A model generated the notes under the pieces. That model searched no databases. It was given only the letters and a program-made list of their open reading frames with translations, and was not told the DNA's origin. Below are positions 11,865-25,760 of a stretch of DNA of 64,000 nucleotides, piece by piece. Position numbers and translations under genes: made by a program. The stretch comes from Camelus dromedarius (taxonomy: Eukaryota): contig NC_087451.1 of assembly GCF_036321535.1 (NCBI RefSeq), positions 13,764,001-13,828,000 of the forward strand, read 5' to 3'. The number at the start of each line of letters is the position of its first letter. Position 1 is the first letter of the stretch.

Positions 11865-13373
11865 ATGTCTCAAAAGCAGATGAAGGAAGCTTTTGTCAGT
11901 AATCACAATGGAACGAGCGTGCTTGAAGTAACCGAGGGCTTGTGCTTGCCTGCACTCTGTATCCTGGGCAGAGGGCTTCTGATCATTCTCTCACAGCACT
12001 TACGTTCTTCACATACCTGGAGAACTCCATTCTTCATTGACTTTGCTTTCATAATAGTTCCCGTGGTGACCACTTTGACCATTTTCTCTTCATTTGTCCT
12101 CCTTGAGTACCTGGCTGTAATCATCTTTGGGGCAGGGCTGTTCTATCAAATATACTGCAGGAGAACTTGCTATGCCAGAATGCCCATCAAGAAAATCCAT
12201 GAGAAATTCTTGAAAGTCAGTCTAGAATCAGAACACATTCCAGCCATCTCCTGTTTCCGTGTAATTAACAGTGCATTTACTGCTGTTGCCATTTTGGCTG
12301 TGGACTTCCCACTTTTTCCTAGAAGATTTGCCAAAACCGAGCTCTATGGGACAGGAGCAATGGATTTTGGAGTAGGAGGCTTTGTTTTTGGGACTGCAAT
12401 GGTTTGTCCAGAGGTTAGGAGGAAATATACAAAAGGGTCCAGATTTTACTATCTTATAAGGTCATTGTACTCTGTTTGGCCATTAGTCTTCCTAGGAATG
12501 GGACGATTGGTCATTATAAAATCCATAGACTATCAGGAACATTTAACTGAGTATGGAGTTCACTGGAACTTTTTCTTTACCCTAATATTTGTGAAATTGA
12601 TAACATCACTGCTCTTGATTATTTTCCCCCTAAATAAATCCTGGATTGTGGCCGTCAGCATTACTGTATTATACCAGCTAGCCCTTGACTTTACTCCCCT
12701 GAAAAGGTTGATTTTGTATGGCACTGATGGCAGTGGCACAAGGGTTGGTTTATTAAATGCGAACCGAGAAGGAATAATCTCTACGTTGGGGTACGTGGCG
12801 ATACACATGGCTGGTGTTCAAACAGGGTCATATGTGCTTAAAAAAAGATCACATATCAAAGACTGGATAAAAGCAGCATATCGTATTCTACTGACAGCTA
12901 TTGTCCTCTTCATCTTTCTTTACATCATTCAGGTAAATGTGGAAGTGGCGTCCCGAAGAATGGCCAATTTAGCCTTTTGTATTTGGATAGTTGCTTCTTG
13001 CCTGATCCTTCTTAGCAGTTTATTACTGGGTGATATAATTTTGAGTTTTGCCAAATTTCTAGTTAAAGGTGCAGCAGTACCATGTTCTTGGAAACTTACC
13101 CAGTCACCTGCTACAGATAAAAAGCATTCAGAATCTCTAGTCTCTGAACCTGAAGGAAAGAAACCCACTCTTTGTTTAATCACAGCAATGAACAGAAACC
13201 AGCTGATTTTTTTCTTGCTGTCAAATGTAACAACTGGCCTAATCAACCTGTCTGTAGATACGTTACACAGCAGTAACTTGTGGGCCTTTTTTGTGCTCAA
13301 TCTCTATATGTTTACCAACTGCTTAATTATATATGTGCTACACTTGCAAGATAAGACTATAAAATATTGGTGA
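11865..13373 (+). CDS. PIGW: GPI inositol acyltransferase PIG-W (GWT1 family), single coding exon, 502 aa
   Basis: Uninterrupted [21 protein letters not shown]...; motifs [58 protein letters not shown]; acceptor tttacctag| at 11851; ATG is codon 19 of the listed ORF. Confidence 0.98.
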   Translation: MSQKQMKEAFVSNHNGTSVLEVTEGLCLPALCILGRGLLIILSQHLRSSHTWRTPFFIDFAFIIVPVVTTLTIFSSFVLLEYLAVIIFGAGLFYQIYCRRTCYARMPIKKIHEKFLKVSLESEHIPAISCFRVINSAFTAVAILAVDFPLFPRRFAKTELYGTGAMDFGVGGFVFGTAMVCPEVRRKYTKGSRFYYLIRSLYSVWPLVFLGMGRLVIIKSIDYQEHLTEYGVHWNFFFTLIFVKLITSLLLIIFPLNKSWIVAVSITVLYQLALDFTPLKRLILYGTDGSGTRVGLLNANREGIISTLGYVAIHMAGVQTGSYVLKKRSHIKDWIKAAYRILLTAIVLFIFLYIIQVNVEVASRRMANLAFCIWIVASCLILLSSLLLGDIILSFAKFLVKGAAVPCSWKLTQSPATDKKHSESLVSEPEGKKPTLCLITAMNRNQLIFFLLSNVTTGLINLSVDTLHSSNLWAFFVLNLYMFTNCLIIYVLHLQDKTIKYW

Positions 13374-13421
13374 TCAATAGGGGTTGGATATGTTTTGAGC
13401 AATATTATTTTAATGAGGAAG

Positions 13422-13427
13422 AATAAA
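13422..13427 (+). terminator. Candidate PIGW polyadenylation signal AATAAA
   Basis: AATAAA about 50 nt after the TGA stop in AT-rich sequence. Confidence 0.5.
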
Positions 13428-16400
13428 TATAAAATATGAAGAAAATGGGCGTTTGGCAATGAAATGTTAACTTATTGTATTATAAACGTTTCATTCCTAC
13501 TCTAACAGTTGTGATGCTTAATATTTTAAATGAATCTCAACACTATATGAAACAAATCCATAAAGAAACAAAGCCTCGTGACTTGTTAGAATATTTATAA
13601 ATTTCAGTATTTTAAAGAAACTTGTGTTTACATTTGTGCCACTGGAAGATTGGAGGGTAGACAGGATTTTTACTTTGTCTTATGTCACCTATTACCATTC
13701 TGTATTTTTTAATGTATTTTATAGTATTTACAGTAAAATACCTCAGCTTTGGGATTGTCAACACTACTGCTCAATTTTAATCTTTTAAAAAAACCCTCAG
13801 TATAAGAAAGCACATGTTTAAAATCAAATACTTATAAAGTCAGAAAACAGTTAAATGCTCCAAAGAATAGACTGAATTGTATGTTGTGGCTTACACACTA
13901 ATTATGAGACTTTTTTTTTGCCTTGAGACTAAATAATTCATTTTTTTAGCCTACTCTCTGCTAGGGATGATATGCAAAAGTTTCCTGATGTCTTGCAGCT
14001 TGCAGTCTAATGGGGAAAACACATTAAACAACTGTTATAAACTACGTTAAGTCGTGAAGCATAGGTTGCCAAGAGTCAAATCAAGAACTAACTTTACAGA
14101 AGAGTCAAGAAAGTTTTCCCCACAGATGGCTTTTTTGGGGGGAGGGGGGATGGAGCTGGATGGGATGAGGAGTTTTGGTGGCTGGGGGAAAAGAGAAACA
14201 GTGAGAATGTCATCAAGTACTTAGTCTAACTTAATAAAACTATGGCTACGTTAAGGTTTGACATCCTACTGAGAACTTGAGTCATTTAAAAACTAAGCAG
14301 AACTTTGAACCTGCTGTTCAAAATCTAAGATTTAAAAAACTTACAAATTCTTAGTTTCCAATTCTAATGTTCCTTGTATACTGTTTAAAACGGGCAGAAA
14401 AAATTAAAATCTGCCTATTCTATTTTCAAGTAAAAATCTGATTATTGCAGAAATAGGCAGGGGTCAGTGTTCAGGTTAATTTCATATTTGGTAAACAATC
14501 TGGATTATCTGTGTCATGTAGGAGGACCTCCTCTAACAGTCAATTATAAATTTGCTGTTAGTTTTAAGTAGTTGCCCCAAATTAGTTCAAAATTTGTTTT
14601 ATTCCCTGATTTGTTAAACATGACTATTATACTAATTAGTTTACTTTAACTTGTTACATAGATGATGGCTAATTTAGTATTTATGTGGCATTTTATCCTT
14701 ACTAACTACAATCAATTATATTTGGAGGTAATCTATTATTGAAAGGAAATTCCCCCTAAAAAGAGTATGCTGAATAGTTATATAACTATAAAAACAAAAA
14801 TCAGATTAGACTTTATTTTCAATTAAAAAGATGTTCGAAATTTAATAAGATTACAGTATGTAAATTAAGCATGACTAGGAAATGTGATTGGTTTTCCTGC
14901 TTACTATGCCCCAGTGCTAATAGCCCACAACTTACCTGTTCAAAGCATTAATAGGAGCGCTGAGAGGCTCTAGCCATACTGTTCTCATTAAAGAGAAAAG
15001 AAAGTAATATGAAGTATTTGATGATTTAATGAGCATTTTTTCTAATTGGTCTATTGCTTCTTGTCTGAGGTCTTAGGTACCTTTCAGTAAGTTTATGTCT
15101 CTGTAAATAACTGTAAGAACAAAATGTGCTGTTTTCTCCACCTCCAATTATGAAAGTCATGTAAGAGAAAGCTAATGAATAGCATTCATACAAACAGAAA
15201 AATTAGTAAAAAAAAAAAAAAAAAAAAAAAAGACCATTCTGACTTGATTCTAGTTTACAAAAGAGAAAGAAATCATTCAGTAAAGATTTATTGTGCTCCA
15301 ATGTGCCAGATACAGGGGTGCTGGGGAAACAAACAACAGAAAGTAAGACCCTGCCCTCAAGTGGCTTATATTTAACTTGTGGACATTATTTTTCCTTTAA
15401 AAAATTTTCCATGGGGAAAATGTGTCTCTATTTTTGACAGATACAACAGAACTTCCCACTGTCAGTTTGTAAAAAAGAAAACCCAATTCACAGATACTCA
15501 GATTTGTGGTAATTTAAATAACATTCTGCTGCCGATTTTATTGCCACATATAACAACGTGGTTATTATAGTTAAATTATAGTTAAAACAACAGTAGGTAT
15601 TCTGATTAACTAATTTTCTTTTCAACTATCCATTTTTGAGGACAGAAAGGGAAGGGAGGGAGGAAGAAAAGAAAGGAAGACTATACACTAGGACCTTATC
15701 CTGGCTATGACCCTCAGAAAGTGACTCATTCCCATGACTTTAATTTTAAACAATTATAAACTGGGGATGTCTATCAATACTTTTGTGTTCAGAAGATGAC
15801 AATGTTTTATTTTTATTGAGCATCTACCATCCAATATGCGGTATAAAATTATACAAAAACATACTTTGTTCCCTAGGAACTTATGTATAGTCTATGAAGA
15901 TAAGAATATATGGAGTAAATCAGTATTCTTCATTTTTAAATCCAGGTAGCTTGGAGAATAGTCATATCTCATTCATGCCTGACTTTTGTGCCTGGCTTCT
16001 CACACACTGGGGACCTGCCAAAGAAGAAAAATAACGGCATTCTGCTGATAATTTATCACATCTCCATCACATCAACTGTTCTTTATGAGGTATCAGCAAA
16101 ATGTCCTCTGCTGTTTATTGCCTGCTCTTTCTTGGCCTTTAAAATTCTTTAGTCTTGCCCTTCATGATGCCAATATCAAAATTTAAAAACAGGCAACAAC
16201 TGGCTTTTATGCAATCACTTGTTTTTGTCAATGAAAGGTAAGCTCTCTAAAGGCAGATAGTTACAAAATATTTCCTGCAGCACTACGCGTTATAGCTGAA
16301 GACAGACCAGTAGTGAAAAAATAAATGAGTGCCGGCTCTAAAATGAAGATACATAGTTAAAACTTCTAACAACTGTTCTGCAATAAAATAATTTTCTAAG

Positions 16401-16663
16401 CATTTTCCCTCAAATACTGATTTTTATCATATTTGTAGCACCCAAGCTCCTTGAGAAATGGTGATTTATCAAGCAAATTATTTACCTTTTCAACCTTACA
16501 ATAAGGACTTATTAAATACCTATAGTATGTGAAACATTGTCCAAAGATACTAAGCAGTGAGCTCAGTGGACCTGAAAGACAAATCCAAAATGGAGAAAGT
16601 AATCAGACAAATGGGGAAAGTAATCTCCAATGGAAAGACACTGTTGAAGACTCATTTTGTTAC

Positions 16664-16748
16664 TTTTTTTTCAATTGCAGTATAGTCAGTTACAATGTGT
16701 TAATTTCTGGTACACAGCACAATGTCCTGCATATACATACATATATTC
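16664..16748 (-). mobile_element. Short L1 3'-end fragment with target-site duplication
   Basis: T-run then 'caattgcagtatagtcagttacaatgtgttaatttctggtacacagcacaatg'; tttgttac repeated at 16656-16663 and 16749-16756. Confidence 0.7.
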
Positions 16749-17779
16749 TTTGTTACATTTTATATCTGGGTTTTAATGCCTTTTCTAACTTAGATTAAAA
16801 CCCTCCAGGGTGAATACTTTCTTTGCTAGTACTGCTTACTCAGTAATTAAAGTTATTAAATTTAGCACCTATATATTGAGCCTGTCATTTTCAATTGTCC
16901 TTTACTGACCATAATCCAAAGGAGTTTAAAAGGTATAAAGTAGGTACATTGATATAGTGTTTATAGGAGTACTTTCAGATCTTAAAAGCCATAGTATTCG
17001 TTTTTTTCTTAAAAGTGTTTTTATAAAAAAAACACAAAATTCTCTAAAAATGTCCAGATTTTGGCTATATTCTGACAGCCTAACCTGTCAGAACCTGCGT
17101 GCACATATTTACTGAATTTTAGCTAAGGATTCCACTGTTCTGCCCTCCTAACATGGCCAAAGATACACTTACTGGGTAATCACACCTTTGGGACTGAACA
17201 ATGGTTCTTCCAGTTTATTATGTCACCTATCCTAACAGTGACCACACAGTGTCATAAGTCAACATGGCTAAGGATGCACTATGGGGTTTTTTGTTCTTGT
17301 GAATCTCTAAGACTTCATGTGATGACCAAAATACTTTTTAAAGGTCAGTAGCACAGTTCTAGCCTATTCTACCAGGAAATACAGATCTGTCATCAGGATT
17401 AGTTGTAAGAGCAGCAAATAGATTGATCCTTAAAATCGTCAAGACTTTCTTAAGGCAAAATACTTCCTAACAATTATTTTGGCTTTACAAGCAGGCCTCC
17501 AAAGCCTTCAAAGTAGGAACCGAGTACATGGTGGCACATAGAGAATATATGGATTTGTCCTGACAGCAGCTCCGCTTCTCAGGACACGGTCAGAGGGAAG
17601 GGCCTTTGGCCAGTACCAGTAATTTGCCCAAGGGAATCGGTGTCCTGTCTGAGTCTCTAAGTTAATATTAACCTAGCCCAAGAAGTTTCCAGGACGCATA
17701 CACAAGCCACTCTCCGCATAGTCTGCTATTTGTCACTAATGTAACAATGACAACAAAAAACTGTCAGCACTTAAAATAT

Positions 17780-19460
17780 TTTTGGACCCCTCGGCGGGGT
17801 ATCGACTAGAGTCTGTTTGCGAAGCGGTGGTGCGTCTGGCTCCTGGTGCATCAGGGGGTCAGGGAAAGTCGCGTCAAGGACCTGAAACCAAGCCGAGTTT
17901 GTCTCAGCCCCCAAATGCTCATCTCCCCTTCCCTCACTGACTTGGAAACCCTCAGCTCCTCCCCACTTACCCAGGTCCTCACTGGGCTCCGACACTCGGG
18001 TAGGTCCTGAGTCAGCTTGGCTCGGCTCCCTTCGGCCCTCGGGAAAGCGGTTTGCAGGCCATCGCAGCGGGGGACTGAGGTTAGGCCTATTCACTCCTCC
18101 TAGCATCCCTATTTAGGACTTATCTGAGTAGCTAGACTCTGGGGAGGGTGCAGGTCACGTGTTGAAGGAAGCAAGGGAGCACCCCACCCCACCCCCTCTG
18201 GTAGGGTTCGAAAGAGGCGAAGCTGCGGTCCGGGTTCTCGCGAGAGGAGGAGGCACCCCCCCCCCCGCAACACACACCCGCCCGCCCGGCACTCTCAGCC
18301 CCTCCCTGCTCCACCCTCCCCATTCCCCCGCCCTCCCTCCCCCACTGCCCGTGGCGCGAGCGGCTGACTGAGCCTGGAGAGGAAACGACGTTCGGAGCCG
18401 CGCTCCCGCCCAGGCCGGCCCTGACGCGGGCCTCGTCAGCCGGTAACGGGGAGTCGAGGTGGGGGTCAGGGAGGCGACCACGAAAACGGTGAAGGTCAGA
18501 ACCGGGAGGCCTCCTCAGAGAAGGGTGAGAAATGGGTCTGAGCAGCCCACCACGGACTCCGCAGAGCCGAGGCGGGGTCGACCCCTCCCAGGGGCGGGGT
18601 CGTGCTGGGCAACTGCAGCCTAGGGGACCGACTGGGCGGGGCGCGCCCTTAAAGAGGGAGAAGGGGTCAGCTGGGGGCTGAGGGCTCCCAGGCGGCGGGC
18701 AGCGGGCTGCGGGCATTGAGCGGAGACCAGGGGTGGGGTCCTAGAGCCGGGACTCCGCTGACCGGCTGGGGAAGCCCCGGGGCCGGCAGATCCCTTCCGC
18801 CTCTCCTTTGGACCCTGACTGGAGGCCGGCGGGGTGGGGGGTGGGGAGGGAGAGCGGCGCGAGGGGGCGGGTCCCGGCGCTGCTCGGCGCTGATTGGCTG
18901 AGCGCGTGTGGAATCGGGTGATGGGAAACGCAGCCTGGCTCTCAGGTCCCCTCCTGCTCCTCTCTCTCCCCCCCCGTGGCGAATNNNNNNNNNNNNNNNN
19001 NNNNNNNNNNNNNNNNNNNNNNNNNNNNNNNNNNNNNNNNNNNNNNNNNNNNNNNNNNNNNNNNNNNNNNNNNNNNNNNNNNNNNNNNNNNNNNNNNNNN
19101 NNNNNNNNNNNNNNNNNNNNNNNNNNNNNNNNNNNNNNNNNNNNNNNNNNNNNNNNNNNNNNNNNNNNNNNNNNNNNNNNNNNNNNNNNNNNNNNNNNNN
19201 NNNNNNNNNNNNNNNNNNNNNNNNNNNNNNNNNNNCCGGGCCGGGCCGGGCTCGCAGCTCTCCTGGCAGCTGTTTCCCCTCCTCCCCCTCCCCCAGGCCC
19301 AGCGCTGCGCACTGGAGAAAGAGTGTGTTGCAACTCCTAGGCGAGGCCTTCTCTCCGGCAGGCCCTACAAACTCGCCTTTGCAGTGGGTCGCTCCGTAAC
19401 CTCTGCGGGCCCTTAAGCTAGCGCTCCATGCGCACTTTGAACCCCTCTCCCCAGATTTTC
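17780..19460. promoter_or_regulatory. CpG island; GGNBP2 promoter and first exons
   Basis: CpG-dense; GTCACGTG E-box 18154-18161; TCTCGCGAGA palindrome 18236-18245; CCAAT (attgg) near 18893; donor gccg|gtaacg at 18442/18443 for a non-coding exon 1. Confidence 0.85.
18985..19236 (+). other. GGNBP2: Assembly gap (252 N) inferred to hide the GGNBP2 first coding exon (MARLVAVCRD...DTLT in orthologues)
   Basis: The N-terminal exon is found nowhere else; the gap follows a pyrimidine tract and lies between exon 1 and the MVMEFPD exon. Confidence 0.75.
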
Positions 19461-22034
19461 CTCCTCCTTTCAACCCTCTTCCTTTACCCTTTCCTATAGG
19501 AGACGGTGCTTTTGCCAAAGCACACGCCTCGGAGAGGGGTTGAAGGATCTTGGGCGTTTAGGGCCTATCCCTTACAGAAACCACCCACCCTCGGGGAGGC
19601 TTAATTATCTGGAAATGTCGCAGCTGCACTGCTACCTGTATATTTTCTATCTTAATACTACAGCTCTCACTCCATAAGCATAATTAAGGGGGCCGAGTGA
19701 CATGCTCGTGCATGGTAAAGATTCCATTGAAATGATTTGATTTCGTTATAAATAGTCTCATATCCTTACATTAAAACTCTTCGAAATGAATGTGTTGCTA
19801 GGCCATGACTCTTCAAAATGGGCTTTCTTGGTATGTTATTCTTTATAGGTAGCCTTTTCCCCCTTTTTTAAGGAAGCAAAATTATTGCATGTGTTAGAGC
19901 ATTATAAAAAGCTGATTGTTCATCTTGAGTGTCAAAACCCAGTTCTGAGTAGGTTTTCTTTTCAAAGTTGGTGGTAGTATATAGCATTACAGACCCTCTA
20001 CCCTGTGTTGCTGTACTATTTCCTTTGAAAGGAAATGGCAGAAATTTGAATTGAATCTGAACAGGAAATGAGTGCAGTTGCTTGCCACAATTTCTTAAGA
20101 AATGAAATGAACCTTTTCTGAATGTCTTGAAATCTACATTTTGATGATGCTGAAGCTTTGGACTATACATTTGCCTGTTTTTTGATAAGGTGTAATTGTC
20201 TCTTCATTTTACCTCCTTTGGCTTTTTTCCTTTTCAAAGGCAGTTGACCTGTTTTGTTCCTGAATTTCTGGTTTGCAAATATCTACTGAACTTTTAAAAA
20301 TTTTATATAAAATGCAAGTCATTGTGGAGATGTCACTCTATGCCTTTCTGTTTGCCAGTCTCAATTAAGACTTGATTGAGGTGCAGTATTTTTAAAGGAT
20401 TAGAAGAGCTATTGAATGACTTAATGTGTCAGAACTTTTTAAGTGAAAACATCTATGATTACCCAAGTGCGTTTTTTTCTCATGAAAAAAGGTAAAATGA
20501 TTTGGCCTCACGTAAGGGAAATGAAATTTGTGTTGATATATTGGAAAGTGTACTTGTATGCCTTGGTCATGATTTCTGCACTTATTGCATTAAAAGTGTA
20601 ATGGACTTGTATTTATGTGGTTTAAAAAAAAGAATAGCACTCTAATCAGATTAAATGATGAACTTTTTAATTTGAAAACTAATATCAGTTCATTTGTTGA
20701 TGTTTTCTTTCTTCTCTCCCCCTTCAACGCAAACACTTTTCTAGAGCACATAGTTTGGTATCAACCTTTTATGTTTATTGTTCCAGGGTGCTTTTGAAGT
20801 TTAAAAAAAAATTCTGTGTGTTTGGACATAAAAGACACTGATCCTCTCTTCATGCTCACATAATCACCTTTGATGTGAATGTAGCGTTGATACATCTGTC
20901 ATATAGCATGTTAAAATACCCAAGTTTTGGGGGTGTTTTAAGACTCTGTTGTGTCTCTGTACAAAGATATGAATTTCCAAAACTTTCCGTAGAAAAACAT
21001 TTTCTTGCACTGTGGTTTATCATTGTACTTATTTCTCTAGAGAAGTTGGGATTGGACTGATCTGGTGGTTGAGTTTTGCTTTTGTTGTGTTGTGGACTTG
21101 TGACCCAGGCAAATAAAATTTAGTCTTACTTTAACTATCTTAAAATAGCATTTTATTTAGGAAAGGATGCAGTTTTTCTTTACTGTGGAAGGGTTTTTAT
21201 CATTAGGGATTAAGTGGGACCTTTTACTGCTTTATTTTGTAACATCTACACAGCCATTGAATGCTGGTTAGTGAAATTTTGTCAGGAATGCATCATGTTT
21301 AGGGAGACAAGTTTCTTTCAGAACCATGCTACCACACTCTACTTAAAGGAAGAATGCAGAGCAAACACCTGTTGGGGAATAGAGAGGGAAGATGCCTGTA
21401 GCAGAAGATTGTGCTCTGCACTGGTCCATTGGTAGATTGATGGCATTGTGTCCCTGAAGTTAACGTTTGGTTTGGTCTTTGTTCTTAGGGTCCATAAGTA
21501 ATACACCGAGGAAACACTGTGTGATCTTTATTTCAAGTAGTCTTAGAATCTTGTTGGCTCCTAGATGTTAAGTCTAGTTACAATGTTTACAATCAGTTAC
21601 AAAGATTTATTGTTTTTTGTAACAGAAGTTGAAACCTCTCGCCTTATTAAACTGGCTATATTGAGTTGAGTTTGTAAAATGAAATCAAGCTTGTATGTGA
21701 GGAAGTAGCCTCCTCTTTTATGTGGTGTGTTGTAGCCACATTCAAAAGGCTTATGTGGTAGTTCAGTGGGTTTGAATACTTGGGTACAGTGCTGATGTAG
21801 GTTTATTTGAGAAAATCTCAAATAAGTAAACTGGTGGAATATTTAGGAAAGTGGTATGCTATGTAGCCAAAATACTTCTCAGTGTCATTAGAATTATAGG
21901 ATAGCACATAGACAGGATACAGATTTTATTTTAGAAACATCTTTGTAAAATTACAATTTTTAAAGTTTTTTAAAAAGGAATTAATAGAGCCAAGATGTAT
22001 ACTCCTTGTAAAATAATCTTTAAAAATAACTGCA

Positions 22035-22153
22035 TGGGGGTAGGGTGTAGCCTCAGTGGTAAAGTGCCTGCCTAGCATGCACAAAGTCCTGGGTTCAATC
22101 CCCGGTACCTCCAGGAAAATAAATAAACCTAATTACCGCCCCCACCCCCCACC
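22035..22153 (+). mobile_element. tRNA-derived SINE, camelid type, 11-bp TSD
   Basis: A box (tagcctcagtgg) and B box (ggttcaatccc); aaataactgca at 22024-22034 and 22154-22164. Confidence 0.9.
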
Positions 22154-25100
22154 AAATAACTGCAAAACAAATGATCCTTTATCCTACTTTCCAGAGGTAA
22201 CTAAGGATGTAGCAGCATTTGGTGTAGTTGCATCATAGAGACACACAGGTGCAGGATTGAGATGTATTGTCTTCTGTAACATTTTATATCTTGCTTTTTT
22301 TTTTCACTAAATGTAATATTGAGAACATTTTCTCTAGTCATTTAAAACAGCTTTAATGGCCATGTAGTACTTTGTTGTGTGACATTCCATAATGTAATCA
22401 TTATTCCTTTGTTGGACATAGAGGTGATTCTAGTTTTTGCTATGAATAATACTCTAAGGATATGAATAATGTGTAAATCTTTGCATTGAAATTTTTTTCA
22501 GGCCTTTGAAAGTAAAACTACTGGTTCAAAGGATAAAAACCTTTTATAAAGTTCTTGATACATACTGTCAAATTGGTACAATATTTCTGGAACATGGTTT
22601 ACCCTCCTAATTCAAACCAATCTAAATAGGCTAGAGACTGATAAGGTTTTTAACTGAGTCTTAAAAAAGATTTTAAAATGTAGCATATCCGGATACTGGA
22701 GGATTAGGTATTCAGCATTTGTTAAAATTTTAATATTTATGGTTTGCTTTCAACTCCTAATTAAATATTTAACTAATTTATCAAAGATGATAGATATTAC
22801 AAAGAGCTGTGAGGATGAAGAAGTAAAAAAGTAAAACTAAAGGAGCAATGATTTTTAGTAAATACAAACTATTGTTGGGTTAGAGCTTGTGAGGATGCAC
22901 TAAGAATAGATTATTTGTGGTCAGGAGAAACCAGGACAGATACTTAAGAGTGAAAGTGGGTAATGAATTCAAGAAACTTTATGAAACAGTAATTGCAGGA
23001 CAATGACTCGTTCTATTTTTGGTTAGCTAGGGATAGGCAACCTCATCGTGAAGCCAGACACTAATGATTCCTCTGTGACACCACACCTGAAATACATGAC
23101 TGTCTTCCTTTAGGTAACCTAGAATCTGAATTAAAGTCAAGGAAGTGGTTTTAAAGAAGAGGGGAAAATAGTGCTGCTATCCTCTTTACCTTCCTTGTTT
23201 TTTTGTTTGTTTGTTTGTTTGTTTTGTTTTTTTCTCTTTTTCTTGTTGTGGTCGCAACATTAAAGAGCATATAGTGATTGGCCAAAAAAAGCAAGGTAAA
23301 AAGCCATTGTCCTAAGGGAAAGGCAAGGACAGAGTAATTATTTAGTGTAAGTGCAGAATTTCTAACCAGGTGGATTGTGTAAATATAAGGGAAAATTTAG
23401 TATTATCCAAGCCAGTGAAACCCAGGAGAGACTCAGTAGTAGACCTGATCTTGACATTTTTCTGTGTTAGGTGAAAATGAAATGATTGGAAATGAGGGAT
23501 TTTTTTGTTGTTTTTTAAAAATTTTAACTGTTCCTGATTGACTTTTTAAGAAAGATTCCTATAGCAGGTATTATCCATTAAATTTTATATACGTATGTAT
23601 TTTAAAGGTCAGCTGGTAGCTATCAATATGTTAGATGTGTGCTTTGACCTCTGCTTTAACTGTTAAAACAATAAAATAGTTCATCAGCATAAAAACAATT
23701 TATGCTGAAGGTAGGATTTCACCTATGAACTGGACTGGAGAGACCTTAATATGGTAAATAGATAGCTTATCACTTATTTTAAAATAGTGTAGATAATTGT
23801 CTTAATTTTTTTATGATGGCAATTAATATATGGTTAAATGGCGTATATATTTGTATTACACAAGTGAAAATGCAAATCAAGGTGTTAATGGCCTAAATGG
23901 TAGATTTGGAGTGACTTACAGTGTTCTATTGAATTATATGGCTTTAAAGTTTATCCCCCCTCCAAAAAAAGCTTATCCTGTACCTTTTTTTGTTACATGA
24001 CATTTAAATTTCTTTGTATTTTAAACCATGTAGTGGTTTTGGGAAACATAATGAGAGTTAAGTTATACTATTCTTTCGTCAGTTTTCATAGGCCAGGATT
24101 TCTAATACCAGGATAATTAAGACTAGTGATCAATTTTACTTTGTACTGTTGGCAGTTAACATATAACAGTGCTTAGAACAATGGCTAGTATATATAAAGC
24201 TATAGTAGATGTCTTTATTATTATTACCACCACTTTTTGGAGATATTATAAGTGAGTTAGAGGGAAAACTGGAGAGAAATTGATAAACCTGAAAATTGGA
24301 TAAATTGATCCTTGAAACTGAGATATGGGCAATATAGTCTATGTATAGAAGTTTTTATAGAATAGTGAAAGCTATTGCAGTGGAAGCATGTCTCTGAATG
24401 TGGTATAATGAATATGGAATTGGGAACGGGGAACACTTAACTCTTCCCCCTGATGATAAGTGGGATGTGTGTATTCTAATCCATTTTGGAAAGATAGGAA
24501 TGCGTAAAGAAAAAGCCACCTATATTTTCACTGCCTAGAGATTAGCTACATCTAATATATTACATATTTTCTTTTTCTGTAAGAAAAGAGAAAAATTTGA
24601 ATCATTGCACATGTGGTTTTTGGTTCTATGAAATACACTGAAGTCCTCTGGATTGTTGAGTTGGTGTTGGCATCATTGCCCATCCTTAGTATTCGTTTGT
24701 CTCTCTTCACATGTCCAGTGTTCCCCTCTCACCAAATCAAGCAAAGGTCTTATTATCTATTGCTTATACCTGCCTTAGTTGTTTAGTCCCCTGTTGTTCT
24801 TACAAGTATGTTTTAAGGCTCTCATTTGTCACGTGGAGGGAAAAGAATGGTCACTTGATTGAAGAAGTAGGTCTTTGTGATGCTGTTTGGCGAATGGAGG
24901 AATCTTCTTAAGCCCCCCCCCCTACAGCTGGGTGGGGTTTTTCAGTTTTTTGTTTTTGCCTCAAATGGATCTCTTTATCCTGACTTCACTCTCTGAGTAT
25001 GTAGGAGTTTGTGGCCCTTGTCATCTGGAAATAGAAGTTTGTCCTAGCACAGTATGTTTGATACCTTTAAAAATGTTCTAGTTAAGATATAAATGTTACT

Positions 25101-25569
25101 TTATTTCAGTATTTTGAAGACATGCTTTTTTTTTTTCCATGTTTTAACATCTCTGAAATTGGAAAGTTTCTTTCATTTGGTGACATCTTCCAGTTATAAT
25201 GGCTCTTTCCTAGTGGTACATAAGTAAGGAACTTTTTAAAATCACTGGTGTCACAGATCAGTGAAATGTGCTAATTACTAGTTCCCATCATCTGACATCC
25301 TGAAACATCCTTAAGTTTTATATCCCCCTTCCTCTGGTAGTGAATTTTGAAAATTGAATAAATATCTCAGTGTATCCTTTCTGTTCATAATTAGAGCAAA
25401 CATTTTACTAAGTGCCAGGTACTGTTCTGATGTATATATATGTATAGTCACTTACATGATAAGATTTACTATATTCCATAGTTAAGAGGAATGTCTAAAA
25501 ATATCAGGCTATTTAATGTAAGATATCAGGTTATTTCACTTATTAAATGCTGTTATTAGCCACTGCAGC

Positions 25570-25760
25570 AAACACTTCTAAATGTAATTTAGTCCTCACA
25601 ACCCATTCTGTGAGGGATACTAAAAATTATTACTTAGTCTCATTTTACGGATGAGGAAGCTGAAAATCAGACAGCTTAAGTAACTTTCCCAGTATGACAT
25701 AAATCATAAGTGGAAGAGCTGGTATTTGATTTCATGTCTGCCTGACTTCAGTGTCTTTGC
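25570..25760 (-). mobile_element. MIR SINE
   Basis: 'ctcattttacggatgaggaagctgaaaatcagacagcttaagtaactttccc'. Confidence 0.7.

Noticed and set aside
15208-15231. 24-nt poly(A) run
   Set aside because: No attached retroelement body or processed pseudogene recognisable upstream; treated as a simple mononucleotide tract.
18132-19518. Long ORFs around the GGNBP2 promoter, including X-filled ones
   Set aside because: GC-rich shadow frames and artefacts of translating through N runs.
22035-22110. tRNA-like A and B boxes here and at 11565, 28886, 39487, 48711
   Set aside because: They are SINE heads with A-rich tails and TSDs; no complete cloverleaf, so not tRNA genes.
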